64,000 nucleotides of DNA from IMG/VR virus record IMGVR_UViG_3300046542_000332, positions 20,720 through 84,719 of that record. One strand, 5' to 3'. Of the stretch, positions 19,133 to 28,062 are shown piece by piece. This stretch comes from a virus. The translations under genes and the position numbers were made by a program. How positions within the stretch are numbered: position 1 is the first letter of the stretch; the number at the start of each line of letters is the position of its first letter. Below the pieces are notes generated by a model. The model saw nothing but the letters and a program-made list of their open reading frames with translations, did no database searches and was not told the DNA's origin.

Positions 19133-21940
19133 TCACGATTCCAAGATAGCCGACCGAATGTTATCGAACATCAAACCATAGCCATAGTCATTGGGGTGAA
19201 GCCCGTCTGCTGTCCAGGTTTCACCTTTGATCTTGGCCATGACCGTCGCTTCATGGTTGTTGATGAAGGCCAACCCTAACTCACTGGCAACCTGCTTAGT
19301 CACCATCGCCACCTCACGTTGGCCATATACCTTGCCGCCATTAGGGCTCTCCCCAGCGGCCGGGATCGCATTAGCCGCCATCATCACCACATCTTTCCCG
19401 GCGGCTACTAACGTCTTGGCTATACTGGCCAGGTTGAGATAGGTGACGTGCGGGCCTTTGGCGGATCTATCGTTCGTCCCAAGCTGCACAAAAACAAACT
19501 CGCTTGTTTTGGCAATCACACCAAGAAGGTTTGGCGACGTGGCCAGCCATGTCCCTGTACTCGTTCCGCTTAGACTGTCATTGATCAGCTTAACCGTCTT
19601 GTTAACCTTAAAGCCTTCCAGCCTAAAGGTGTTCAAGCCCGATTTATTGACCAGGCTCATCTGGTATTTCCCGAAGGGGAACGTGATGTTCGCCAGCTGC
19701 GAAAAAGACTCAGCCCCGTAATACGAAAAGCTTCCAAGGAGGGCGCCATTTCCCCACAGCTCAACAATTGAGCCTGCCGGGTCCGCCGTGTTAATAGCGC
19801 AGTACATTACCGATAAATTATCACCTGTCAGCTCAAACTGAATCGGCTGATTGTAATGTCCTGATGCGCCGGCCGAGACCGCATCAAAGGCATAGTAATA
19901 CCCTGTATAGGCAGCGGCATTAAATTTGCTGACCGGCACGACCTTGGCGCCATTGTTATAAATATGGAAATACGGGCCGTCGCCAGGATAGAACGGATTA
20001 TCGAAGGCCACGAAACGGTTAGCCGAATACGACGCCACACCATCCCCGGCAACAAGAACGCCATCGGCGAAGCTTTCGCCCAGCCAGCGATGAAGTAAAT
20101 TGGCCCAAGTGTTATTGGTCAGGATATTGCGGGTATCGCCCAAGTCTCCGTTGTTGACGCCCCCGGTCAGCGACCCTGTAGCACCCACACCCCAACCAAT
20201 AGAATCTGCGACCAGATGAAGCGTCGGCGAATGCAATGGGTTGTAGAGCGCCGCCTTAAGCCGGTTGAGGGCGGTCGTGACCACTGGGGCTGGCACTGGA
20301 AGGGCATTCACTTGGGTCGCCAAGCGCAAGAGTTCGCTATTGGGAATCAAGTTATGCAGCGGCTTGCCCACCACCAGCCAGTCTAGACTCCAAGACGTTT
20401 CGCCCGTACCGGCGGACAGTGACAGGTAAATCTGGTCAATGACCGCCCCGGCCCAAGCCGTGCCGTCTGGCTTCTTGCTGATGTCGACCTCATAGGTCAC
20501 CCACGACGTATCATCGACCAGGGAATACTTTGCGCTGGCCGCCACATTGTAGTAGTAGCCTGCCGCGCTTGTGGCGTCATGCAGATAGATCATGTACGCC
20601 CGCGCTGCACTGCCCGTTCGCTTAATTCGATACTTCAGCGAGGTATAGACGGTCGGATCGAATTTTTCGGAAACGCTTAGCGATCTTGCCGCAAAGCCAT
20701 TTGTTGCAGTCGCCCCGTCGGGGGAAAACACAGTAACGCCACCGACCACACTTTTGGTAAAGCCTGACAGCGCCGCCCAAAAAGTCGAATAGGCACTGTT
20801 GGCCTCGATAAAAGGCAGGTAGCCGTAAGTGTCCCGTTTTGTCGCGCTGGTATCTACCAGGGTGCGGGCGGTTACCTCGGCCGCTAGGCCGGCGGCGCTC
20901 AAGGCAGCTTGGCGCTTAAGGTCGGCGTTTGGCGCCACATCAGATCGAGCCTGACCCACAATGAGCCAGTCCAGCTGCCACGTAGAGTTGCCGTTCCCAT
21001 AGGACAACGAAACGTAAATTTGATCCAGCAATATACCTGGCGTCCATTCCGTGCCGTCAGGCTTACGAGTCAGGTCAACCTCGTATGTCACCCACCCCCC
21101 ATCATCCACCAGGTTGTTTGGTGTTGCGGAGTACGGGTAGTAGTCTGAATACACGCCCAGGCTATCCCGAACTTTAACCACATACAGACGATTCAGCGTG
21201 CCGGCCGTCCGGCGAATCCGATAGCGGAGCTTACCGTTTACGGTCGGGTCAATTCTTCCGGCGCCGGATAGCGTTCTTGCAAAATACCCAACCGTTGCAG
21301 TTACGCCATCGGGGGCAAATTGAATTCTTCCATTAACCACGGTCCTCACAAATCCCGATAACGAGTTAAATGAAGTGGGGTTATTGGCGTTGTAGGTTAT
21401 GAACGGGAGCAAACCATAGTGGGCCTCGTCACCCACCACAGAGCCAGGGTAGCGCTTTACTTCAACGGCCACTCCGGCAGCGTTTTGATACAGGACCAGG
21501 TACTCGCTCGCGTCTGGACTCGGCACGCTGAAATATCGGTCGACCGGCGTCGCGAGCAGGCCCGCCGCCGTGGTCGCGTATACGCCCGCAGAGAGCTGGG
21601 CAGCATCAGCCGCCTGCTGAGACGCCAGCCGGTCGGCGCTCACCTCTTGCGCCACCGACAGCACGTCGGCAGCAAACGCCTCGGCCGCATCACGAGCGTT
21701 AATCACTCCCAAAGCGTTCGGGTAGCGATCAACCTCAACCGCTGCGCCAGCGTCGTTGCGGTACAGGACCAGGTACTCGTCCGCCTCAGCAGATGGCACG
21801 CTGAAATACGGCTCGCCCGACAGCAACCCTAAATCCGTATCGGCGAAGATGTTGGCGGTAGCCATGGCCTGAACCACCTCAGACCGCCGCGCCACCTGGA
21901 GAATTTCAAGCGCGCTGTCCAGCTCAATGATGCCCGCCAT
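19133..21940 (-). CDS. Virion-associated SGNH/GDSL esterase with repeated N-terminal and beta-sandwich modules
   Basis: LVADSIGWG (block I), QLGTND (block III), DGLHPND (block V); duplicated YFSVPS..EYLVLY.N.AG.AVEV.RYP; duplicated internal domain. Confidence 0.85.
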   Translation of the reverse strand: MAGIIELDSALEILQVARRSEVVQAMATANIFADTDLGLLSGEPYFSVPSAEADEYLVLYRNDAGAAVEVDRYPNALGVINARDAAEAFAADVLSVAQEVSADRLASQQAADAAQLSAGVYATTAAGLLATPVDRYFSVPSPDASEYLVLYQNAAGVAVEVKRYPGSVVGDEAHYGLLPFITYNANNPTSFNSLSGFVRTVVNGRIQFAPDGVTATVGYFARTLSGAGRIDPTVNGKLRYRIRRTAGTLNRLYVVKVRDSLGVYSDYYPYSATPNNLVDDGGWVTYEVDLTRKPDGTEWTPGILLDQIYVSLSYGNGNSTWQLDWLIVGQARSDVAPNADLKRQAALSAAGLAAEVTARTLVDTSATKRDTYGYLPFIEANSAYSTFWAALSGFTKSVVGGVTVFSPDGATATNGFAARSLSVSEKFDPTVYTSLKYRIKRTGSAARAYMIYLHDATSAAGYYYNVAASAKYSLVDDTSWVTYEVDISKKPDGTAWAGAVIDQIYLSLSAGTGETSWSLDWLVVGKPLHNLIPNSELLRLATQVNALPVPAPVVTTALNRLKAALYNPLHSPTLHLVADSIGWGVGATGSLTGGVNNGDLGDTRNILTNNTWANLLHRWLGESFADGVLVAGDGVASYSANRFVAFDNPFYPGDGPYFHIYNNGAKVVPVSKFNAAAYTGYYYAFDAVSAGASGHYNQPIQFELTGDNLSVMYCAINTADPAGSIVELWGNGALLGSFSYYGAESFSQLANITFPFGKYQMSLVNKSGLNTFRLEGFKVNKTVKLINDSLSGTSTGTWLATSPNLLGVIAKTSEFVFVQLGTNDRSAKGPHVTYLNLASIAKTLVAAGKDVVMMAANAIPAAGESPNGGKVYGQREVAMVTKQVASELGLAFINNHEATVMAKIKGETWTADGLHPNDYGYGLMFDNIRSAILES

Positions 21941-22020
21941 TACTGAGCACCCGACAAGGCTGGCAGGTCACTCGAAAGGGGCTCGTTTGTACCTGTCGCC
22001 AAAATTAATGCAGTCGTCAT
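21940..22020 (-). CDS. 26-aa leader ORF coupled to the esterase gene
   Basis: ATG 22020 with GAGG RBS; MTTALILATGTNEPLSSDLPALSGAQ; TAATG overlap with esterase start. Confidence 0.45.
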   Translation of the reverse strand: MTTALILATGTNEPLSSDLPALSGAQ

Positions 22021-22032
22021 GCTATGCCTCTA

Positions 22033-22080
22033 CGAAAGCCACTTAGTTAGGCGCCAGTTTATGGCGCCGAAAAGCGGCTC
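22033..22080. repeat. 48-bp direct repeat copy 2
   Basis: 45/48 identical to 18967-19014. Confidence 0.9.
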
Positions 22081-22097
22081 AGATTACTTGGTTTGCA
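22056..22097 (-). promoter_or_regulatory. Putative late promoter (TGCAAA-N30-TAAACT)
   Basis: Exact 30-nt spacer. Confidence 0.8.
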
Positions 22098-22109
22098 GGC
22101 TTTCGGGCA

Positions 22110-22140
22110 CAAAAAACCCGCCATGTAGGCGGGCTCTTTA
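22110..22140 (-). terminator. Rho-independent terminator
   Basis: CCCGC-N7-GCGGG followed by TTTTTT on minus strand. Confidence 0.7.
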
Positions 22141-22149
22141 GGGGGTGGG

Positions 22150-22644
22150 TTACTGGCCCGGATCGTCCTCGTCTTCATCCTCAAAGCCGTCGGTCACGGT
22201 CATCTGTAGCGGGAACTTGTCCAGTAGCTGGCGAACCACCAGAAGGCCGGCGCGCATGCCCTTGGCGAAGTCCTCGCTGATCGCTACAGGCTCGGCACCA
22301 TCACCAAGGACCACCTGGTTGCCCGCCTTGGCGTGCGCCAGCAGCAACTCGACTTGCTCCATACGGTTGGCGTGCCAGCGCTCCAGGAAGCGAATACCCT
22401 CGACGGAATCGGGCAAATGGATCACGCGCCGGATCAAGCCCTTGAACTCTTCGGTGGCCAGCACGTAGTCGTCTTTGGCGTCATCCGTGGAATATGGGTG
22501 ATCGATCTTGCTGAATTGCCCGGCCAGGGCCTGCTGAGAGGTCATCACCTCCGTTAGAAGGCGCTCACGGGCCTGCTCAGGCGTTTCCTTGGGTGTAGTC
22601 GATACAAGCCCGGAAAGGTCCGGGGTTTCATTTTCAAAGCTCAT
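22150..22644 (-). CDS. Hypothetical phage protein
   Basis: 164 aa ORF, coupled to upstream gene. Confidence 0.7.
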   Translation of the reverse strand: MSFENETPDLSGLVSTTPKETPEQARERLLTEVMTSQQALAGQFSKIDHPYSTDDAKDDYVLATEEFKGLIRRVIHLPDSVEGIRFLERWHANRMEQVELLLAHAKAGNQVVLGDGAEPVAISEDFAKGMRAGLLVVRQLLDKFPLQMTVTDGFEDEDEDDPGQ

Positions 22645-23026
22645 CTGGCGATTTGTCCATGGGGTAAGTGGGAGAGCGTTCGCGCCTCAGGTTGTGCTCG
22701 ATCAGCTCGACTATGGTGTCCACGCAGCTACGGCGCGCCAGCTTGTACTCGCCCACCGTTGTCACAACGGTGATGAGGATACTTCCGCCCTTGCGGGACC
22801 GAATCAGTCCGGTGACGTGGGAGCGCTTGACCAGCACGCCCCGATTGATCCGGATCAGGTCAGGCAACACCGTCTCAAGAGACTTGAGTGTCGAGCCATC
22901 CGACAACAAGAACTCGCGACCATCCGGGGTGATACCTATCACATACTTGCTGTCTGCCTTGAACACCGCAAAATCGCGGGCCTTGATGTAATGAAATTGC
23001 CCGTCCCTGTACGCTTTCAAAATCAT
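22634..23026 (-). CDS. Stand-alone LytTR DNA-binding domain protein
   Basis: FKADSKYV, TLKSLE..LP..IRINRGVLV...V. Confidence 0.8.
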   Translation of the reverse strand: MILKAYRDGQFHYIKARDFAVFKADSKYVIGITPDGREFLLSDGSTLKSLETVLPDLIRINRGVLVKRSHVTGLIRSRKGGSILITVVTTVGEYKLARRSCVDTIVELIEHNLRRERSPTYPMDKSPDEL

Positions 23027-23076
23027 CGGGTTAGATCCTTTTCCTTATTGCTGTTTGAGGCCGGGATAGCCGTAAA

Positions 23077-23093
23077 AAACTATCCCTATACAT
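23077..23093 (-). promoter_or_regulatory. Operator-like repeat ATGTATAGGGATAGTTT
   Basis: 16/17 match to copies at 1685 and 33391. Confidence 0.7.
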
Positions 23094-23146
23094 TTTTCAG
23101 GCCGAAAAACGGCTTTTGTGGCGCCAAAACACCATCGCGCCACACT

Positions 23147-23353
23147 TCACGATTCTGACTTAATTACATCCCGCAATGGAATCAGGCCCACCGAATCAGG
23201 CAGGCGGACGACCTCCAAGGTTCCGCCCTCACACAAGCCCTGCATCAGCCTGAGCAAGACCGGCTTGCACTCTTGCGGGATCACCACACGACATAATGCG
23301 CCGTCGACACTGACAACGACCTGAACAAGCTCCACGTCACTCATGAGCGCCAC
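23147..23353 (-). CDS. Hypothetical protein
   Basis: 68 aa ORF in operon. Confidence 0.55.
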   Translation of the reverse strand: MALMSDVELVQVVVSVDGALCRVVIPQECKPVLLRLMQGLCEGGTLEVVRLPDSVGLIPLRDVIKSES

Positions 23354-23867
23354 TGCTCGGTTTGTTATACGCGCCCGGGAACATCTGCTGAGCCATTTCA
23401 GGCCCTACCATCGCTTCGGTACCCGAACGAACTATAGCCTTGAACTCGGCATCTGCTGCCTCGCTCATTGGTGTGCGCACCATCATCCGCCGCGCTCGCT
23501 TGATCGCCTCCAACCACTGCTCATCGCTGAGCTGATAGGCACCTATTTCGGCGAACGACATCACGACCTTATCCGCCAGTGCCTCGCGGGCCTTCTTGAG
23601 GTCGTATTCTAGGTAGAACACAAACTCATGCGCGCCCGCCAACCGATCGATCTTGTCGCACACCTCGGAATCGGCGCCCACGAGCTTGCGCAGCGCGTCC
23701 ACATTCCAATAGCTGCTGTAGTCGCCTGAGTCACCGTTAGGGGAGCAGCTTATGTACTGATCAAGCCCATCCTCAGGGCAAATGCTGCTAAAGATCGTGA
23801 CGGCCTCAGCGCGGCCCTGTGCTCGGGCCCGGCGGATCACCGCTTGAATTGATTTGCTCTTTTTCAT
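23337..23867 (-). CDS. Hypothetical protein
   Basis: 176 aa, ATGA overlap with yejK. Confidence 0.7.
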   Translation of the reverse strand: MKKSKSIQAVIRRARAQGRAEAVTIFSSICPEDGLDQYISCSPNGDSGDYSSYWNVDALRKLVGADSEVCDKIDRLAGAHEFVFYLEYDLKKAREALADKVVMSFAEIGAYQLSDEQWLEAIKRARRMMVRTPMSEAADAEFKAIVRSGTEAMVGPEMAQQMFPGAYNKPSSGAHE

Positions 23868-24880
23868 GCCTTGGCATCCTGTGCGCGCTTGAGCTGGTCG
23901 GTGAGCTGAGTCGGCAGACCTTTAATCATCAGTGTGCCGGCGGCCTGGTCGTATTCAATCTTGTCGCCCATCAGGTGCGCCTCAAAGCTGATTGACAGGC
24001 CGTCAGAGCGCCCGGTGAAGCGGCGGAACTGATTCAGGGTGCGCTTATCGGCCGGAATCACAGGGGACAGGCCATAGTCCTTGTTGCGGATGTGATCGTA
24101 GAAGGCTTTCGGGCGCTCTTCGTCGATCAGCTCCGACAGCTCAGCCAGGCTCATAGGCTCGCCCAGCTTCGTCTGGCTGGTGGCGTAATCGATCAGGGTC
24201 TTGGTCCGCTCGCGCGCCGACTCTTCTGGCAGATCCTCGCTTTCCACGAAGTCACTGAATGCCTTGAGCAGCGTGCGGGTTTCGCCAGGGCCGTCGACAC
24301 CTTCCTGACAGCCAATGAAGTCGCGGAAATACTCGGTAGCCTTCTTGCCGTTCTTGCCCTTGATGTAAGAGACGTATTGCTTCGACGCAGAATTACTCTT
24401 CCACTCGCTCAGGTTGATCCGGGCGGCCAGGTGGATCTGGTCCAGGTCCAGCCGGCGGATCGGCGTTACCTCAAGGCTGTCGCTCACCGTCACCGCATCG
24501 CTTTGCTGTAGGAGCGCGATTGTCAGGTATTCCGTCATGCCTTGCAGGTAGTGGGCAAACAGCACATGGCCGCCCGTGGACAGGTTCGACTCTTCCAGTA
24601 GCTGGGTCAGATGCTCAACGGCGGACCTGGTGAACTCGGTAAACGTCTTGTCACCGGCGCAATAGCCTTTCAGCCAGCCACTGAATGGGTAGGCGCCAGA
24701 CTCAGGGTGAAAGAACCCCCAGCCCTTGCCGGCCTTGGCGTTGTAACTAGTGTTCAAATCAAGCAACAGATGATCGGTCGCCAGCGTCTCGACCAGCGGC
24801 TTATCGCTGATATGCAGGATGGCAGGCGTGCCGTCTGGCTTCTTGTCGATCTTGTGAATGGCGCTATTGATTACAGGCAT
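23864..24880 (-). CDS. yejK: Nucleoid-associated protein NdpA/YejK
   Basis: MPV...IH.IDKKPDG.PA, LHLAARIN-like motif, [24 protein letters not shown]. Confidence 0.93.
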   Translation of the reverse strand: MPVINSAIHKIDKKPDGTPAILHISDKPLVETLATDHLLLDLNTSYNAKAGKGWGFFHPESGAYPFSGWLKGYCAGDKTFTEFTRSAVEHLTQLLEESNLSTGGHVLFAHYLQGMTEYLTIALLQQSDAVTVSDSLEVTPIRRLDLDQIHLAARINLSEWKSNSASKQYVSYIKGKNGKKATEYFRDFIGCQEGVDGPGETRTLLKAFSDFVESEDLPEESARERTKTLIDYATSQTKLGEPMSLAELSELIDEERPKAFYDHIRNKDYGLSPVIPADKRTLNQFRRFTGRSDGLSISFEAHLMGDKIEYDQAAGTLMIKGLPTQLTDQLKRAQDAKA

Positions 24881-24904
24881 GGTGATTCCTCAGGGTTGTG
24901 GGGG

Positions 24905-25294
24905 TTAGATGAATGTTTTCAGTTCGGTGTCTTTGCCGGTGCGGCGGTAAAACTCGGAGCGCTTGAGATACATTACGTGCAAGCACTCTTCGCACGCGTC
25001 GGCGGTGTTCGCCTCGTTGCGGGCGGCCTTGTTGGTTCGGATGACGTAGGCGCCACAATCGCAGCGCATCACCCATTTGAGCGCGGCGCCCTCTGACAGG
25101 CCTATAGCGACCAAGCGCCCGCGCCGCACGCCAGCCAGATCGCTGTAGCCCGGCACGCTTCTATCGCGCCTTGTCGCTTGACGGATCGGCGGGCACACCT
25201 CGAAAACCTGCGAGCCGTGGCGCTTGTTCGGCCTGTAGTGAGTGCCAGCGGATACCACGCGGGCGGCGGTGGCGTTAACAGGGCGACGGTTCAT
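24905..25294 (-). CDS. Hypothetical Cys-rich protein
   Basis: DLAGVRRGRLVAIG, WVMRCDCG, CEEC. Confidence 0.7.
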   Translation of the reverse strand: MNRRPVNATAARVVSAGTHYRPNKRHGSQVFEVCPPIRQATRRDRSVPGYSDLAGVRRGRLVAIGLSEGAALKWVMRCDCGAYVIRTNKAARNEANTADACEECLHVMYLKRSEFYRRTGKDTELKTFI

Positions 25295-25476
25295 CGCCGC
25301 ACCTCATGCGCCAGCATGAAACCCATCTTTACGAGCAGATAGGCCCAGTACAGCGGCCACACGGCGATACGACGAAACAGATAGGTTTCATGGCGTGGCA
25401 TGTCCATTGACAGCAGGGTGATAAGACAGCCGGCCATGTAGCCGACTACCAGCGCCGCCAGTGCGTCCTCACTCAT
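25291..25476 (-). CDS. Small membrane protein
   Basis: Two hydrophobic segments, coupled overlaps. Confidence 0.6.
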   Translation of the reverse strand: MSEDALAALVVGYMAGCLITLLSMDMPRHETYLFRRIAVWPLYWAYLLVKMGFMLAHEVRR

Positions 25477-25736
25477 TGCGCGCCACCATCGACGAACACG
25501 ATTGCGTTATTGGTCATGCGGACAAACACCGCTGTATCACCCACCAGCTCAGCGAGCGTCGTCATGTACTGGGCTACGCGCGCCAGCGGCAACCCGGCGA
25601 AGCCGATGCCCTCCAGCACGAAAGAAAGCTCGCCAGCGATAGGAGCGGCGACAGGAGCCGGACACCCGCCGTGGGGCGAGCACATACCCGGCGTCTGGCA
25701 GGGCTGCATTGATTTGCGGCAGATCATGGCGCTCAT
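25473..25736 (-). CDS. Hypothetical protein
   Basis: C....C.TPGMCSPHGGC motif, coupled overlaps. Confidence 0.6.
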   Translation of the reverse strand: MSAMICRKSMQPCQTPGMCSPHGGCPAPVAAPIAGELSFVLEGIGFAGLPLARVAQYMTTLAELVGDTAVFVRMTNNAIVFVDGGAQ

Positions 25737-26356
25737 GGCTTCCTCCCGCGCACTGAGTGGTCGATAGCTTGGTCAATATGCTTGGCGCGTAGGTGCTCAT
25801 CGCATACGTGCAGGTTTACCCAGTTGTCCAGATAGCCGCCATCGCGCAGCTTCTGGTAGCGCTCAGCGTTAGCCTCAGCCTCTACGCGGCACTGGTGCGG
25901 CGTCTTGCCCTCTACCCGTTGCAGGGTGACAACCAGCGAGCCGAGTTCCGGGTGCGTGGCACTGTCAAAGCGCAGCTCCAGATAGTTGATGGCCTTGCTC
26001 TCATAGAACTGATCGCCGAACACCTGAGCCAGCATGCCGCATGCGCCGCCTTCAAAGCCCAGCGTCATACCGCCATCGCCCGGAACCAATCCGGTCAGCA
26101 TGGTGGAGGTCACGACCTTTTCGGCGAGCAGATTGCGCAGGCGTTCGTTCTCAGCCTTGAGCTGATCGCGTTCCTGCATTGTTTCCATGCGGAATGCACC
26201 ATGGGCGCCATACGCAACGGCGGTCATTCTCTTTGTCTCGGCGAGCAGATGCAGGGTATCGCCGGAACTGGCGCCTATGCCGCGCTCGGCGTCTTGCTTG
26301 ATTCTGGCCAGGTGGTCGGTTGTGATCGGCGCCGGCGCTGAGGTGGACTTACTCAT
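25733..26356 (-). CDS. Hypothetical protein (Ead/Ea22-like accessory)
   Basis: Start ATG 26356 (MSKSTS); coiled coil; AERYQKLRD. Confidence 0.6.
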   Translation of the reverse strand: MSKSTSAPAPITTDHLARIKQDAERGIGASSGDTLHLLAETKRMTAVAYGAHGAFRMETMQERDQLKAENERLRNLLAEKVVTSTMLTGLVPGDGGMTLGFEGGACGMLAQVFGDQFYESKAINYLELRFDSATHPELGSLVVTLQRVEGKTPHQCRVEAEANAERYQKLRDGGYLDNWVNLHVCDEHLRAKHIDQAIDHSVRGRKP

Positions 26357-26426
26357 AAGGTTTATTCCGAGTATGTGGGGCGGGCGCCAGCATATCAGCG
26401 GAATAGCCATTATCAAAACATTGTTT

Positions 26427-27992
26427 TTAAGTGATTCCGGCAAGAGCCTCGCGGGCAGCATCAAGTGCGGCCTGTCGCCTGTCCGTACTGAGGCTGACGG
26501 CTTCGCCTTGCGCAGGAACGTAGTCCGCCGACTCCAGGAACGCCATGGCGATGGTGTCCAAAAGGTCGGGGGATGGTAGACCCTCGGCGGCCATGTCCTG
26601 CTTGCGGGCGATGTGGTACCGCCCCAGCTCGTCCAGGAAGTAAGGAATACGGCTGCCCTGGTCGATCAGATCCTTTTTGTACTGGCTCGACAGGCGTACC
26701 ACGCCGTCCTTGATCGCCTCGACCGCGTGCACGGTGCACTGCGCCCGCTGGTTGAGGAATCGCTTGCGGTAGTCGTTGGAGAACGGCAGTTCGCCCCAGC
26801 GCACGCCCTTGGCATGGATACCGCCGCCCGACAGCTCTATCAGCCGCTTGAGGAACTGGTTACCCATGCCGTTGGTGTCGACGATGATCGTCACGTTGGA
26901 GAATTGCGCGGCGTAGTCCAGCACCTTGACCGCCACCGGTGTCCAGTCCTCGGTGTTGGTGTAGACCGGCACGCCCACCACTTCAATCCGGCGCCGGTCG
27001 GCGGTCATTCGATCCCCGTTGCCGATCACCTTCATATGCGTGGCCACGGTCTTGTCTCGCCCTACGCCAGCCGCCACGTCGACCACGATCAGGTGACCGT
27101 ATGCCTCGCCCGGCAGGATGACGTTCGGGCCTTCAATGACGCGCTCAAGGGCTGCCTGGCTGAGCAGGTACTTGCTTGAGTTTGTCGGGAACATGCCCCG
27201 GACCTTGATCTGGTATTCCATTTCATCGCGCCCACCGTACTGAATGAGCTTTTCCTTGATGAACTCGATCCCCACGAGCGTGCTCTCTTCGGAGCTGAAC
27301 GTGAGGCTTGTCCACGCCCCGCCCTGGCGCTTGCTCTTGCTATGGTGCGAGTCACGGAAGAACCCGCTACTACGGGTTGGCTGGCTGGCCATGATGAACC
27401 GGTTACGCGGGTCCGTGAGGGCGCCGCCGATAACGCCGAAGTTTTCGTCCGGGATGCCTGAGGCTTCGTCCGCCATCCACATCAGATAGTCGCCGTGGGT
27501 ACCGGCCAGGTTCTCAGGCGAGCCGCGTGGCGCTGTACGGGTGGTGACGTACCAGATCGCCGACTTGGTGTTGATGTAGACCTTTTCGGCCTGGATGGTG
27601 ATGTACTGCGCGATCCAGGCGTGCGGGCCTTTCTCGATCTGCGCCTTGAGGGTGGTGATTTCCTTCCACACACCCTCTCGCACCGTCTTGAGCTTCGGCG
27701 CGGTGATGTAGGTGTTGGAGTTGCGATAGCAGAGCAGGTGCCACAGGGCGATAACGCCGAAGGATCTCGTTTTTCCAGTCCCGTGGCCAGACGCCACCGA
27801 CACCCGGCAACCATAGGGCGATGCCTCGTCGAATAGTTCCTTCTGCTGGTGCGTTACAGGCTTGCCCACAATGCCCATGCCGCAGACTTCGACCGCGAAC
27901 TTGTACTGTTCGAAGGCGTACCGGGCGACGAACGCGGGCCAACGCGGATCCGCGTCGAGCACCAACTGTTTTTCTTTCTTCGCCTTGGCCAT
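26427..27992 (-). CDS. pacB: Terminase large subunit (P1 PacB-like)
   Basis: Walker A SGHGTGKT, Walker B WMADEASG, nuclease VDVAAGVGRD ... SPDLLD. Confidence 0.95.
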   Translation of the reverse strand: MAKAKKEKQLVLDADPRWPAFVARYAFEQYKFAVEVCGMGIVGKPVTHQQKELFDEASPYGCRVSVASGHGTGKTRSFGVIALWHLLCYRNSNTYITAPKLKTVREGVWKEITTLKAQIEKGPHAWIAQYITIQAEKVYINTKSAIWYVTTRTAPRGSPENLAGTHGDYLMWMADEASGIPDENFGVIGGALTDPRNRFIMASQPTRSSGFFRDSHHSKSKRQGGAWTSLTFSSEESTLVGIEFIKEKLIQYGGRDEMEYQIKVRGMFPTNSSKYLLSQAALERVIEGPNVILPGEAYGHLIVVDVAAGVGRDKTVATHMKVIGNGDRMTADRRRIEVVGVPVYTNTEDWTPVAVKVLDYAAQFSNVTIIVDTNGMGNQFLKRLIELSGGGIHAKGVRWGELPFSNDYRKRFLNQRAQCTVHAVEAIKDGVVRLSSQYKKDLIDQGSRIPYFLDELGRYHIARKQDMAAEGLPSPDLLDTIAMAFLESADYVPAQGEAVSLSTDRRQAALDAAREALAGIT

Positions 27993-28008
27993 GCCATCCC
28001 TTAAAACG

Positions 28009-28035
28009 CAAAAAGGGCCGAATTACCGGCCCTTG
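28009..28035 (-). terminator. Terminator-like hairpin between terminase paralogue and pacB
   Basis: AAGGGCCG-N7-CGGCCCTT plus TTT on minus strand. Confidence 0.6.
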
Positions 28036-28062
28036 ACACCTTAACGCTCGATTTGTTGGCGC

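Noticed and set aside
22046-22052. GTTAGGC integron core-like site in the 48-bp repeat
   Set aside because: No paired RYYYAAC/GTTRRRY arms in attC arrangement, it is absent in copy 1, and the integrase is not IntI-type
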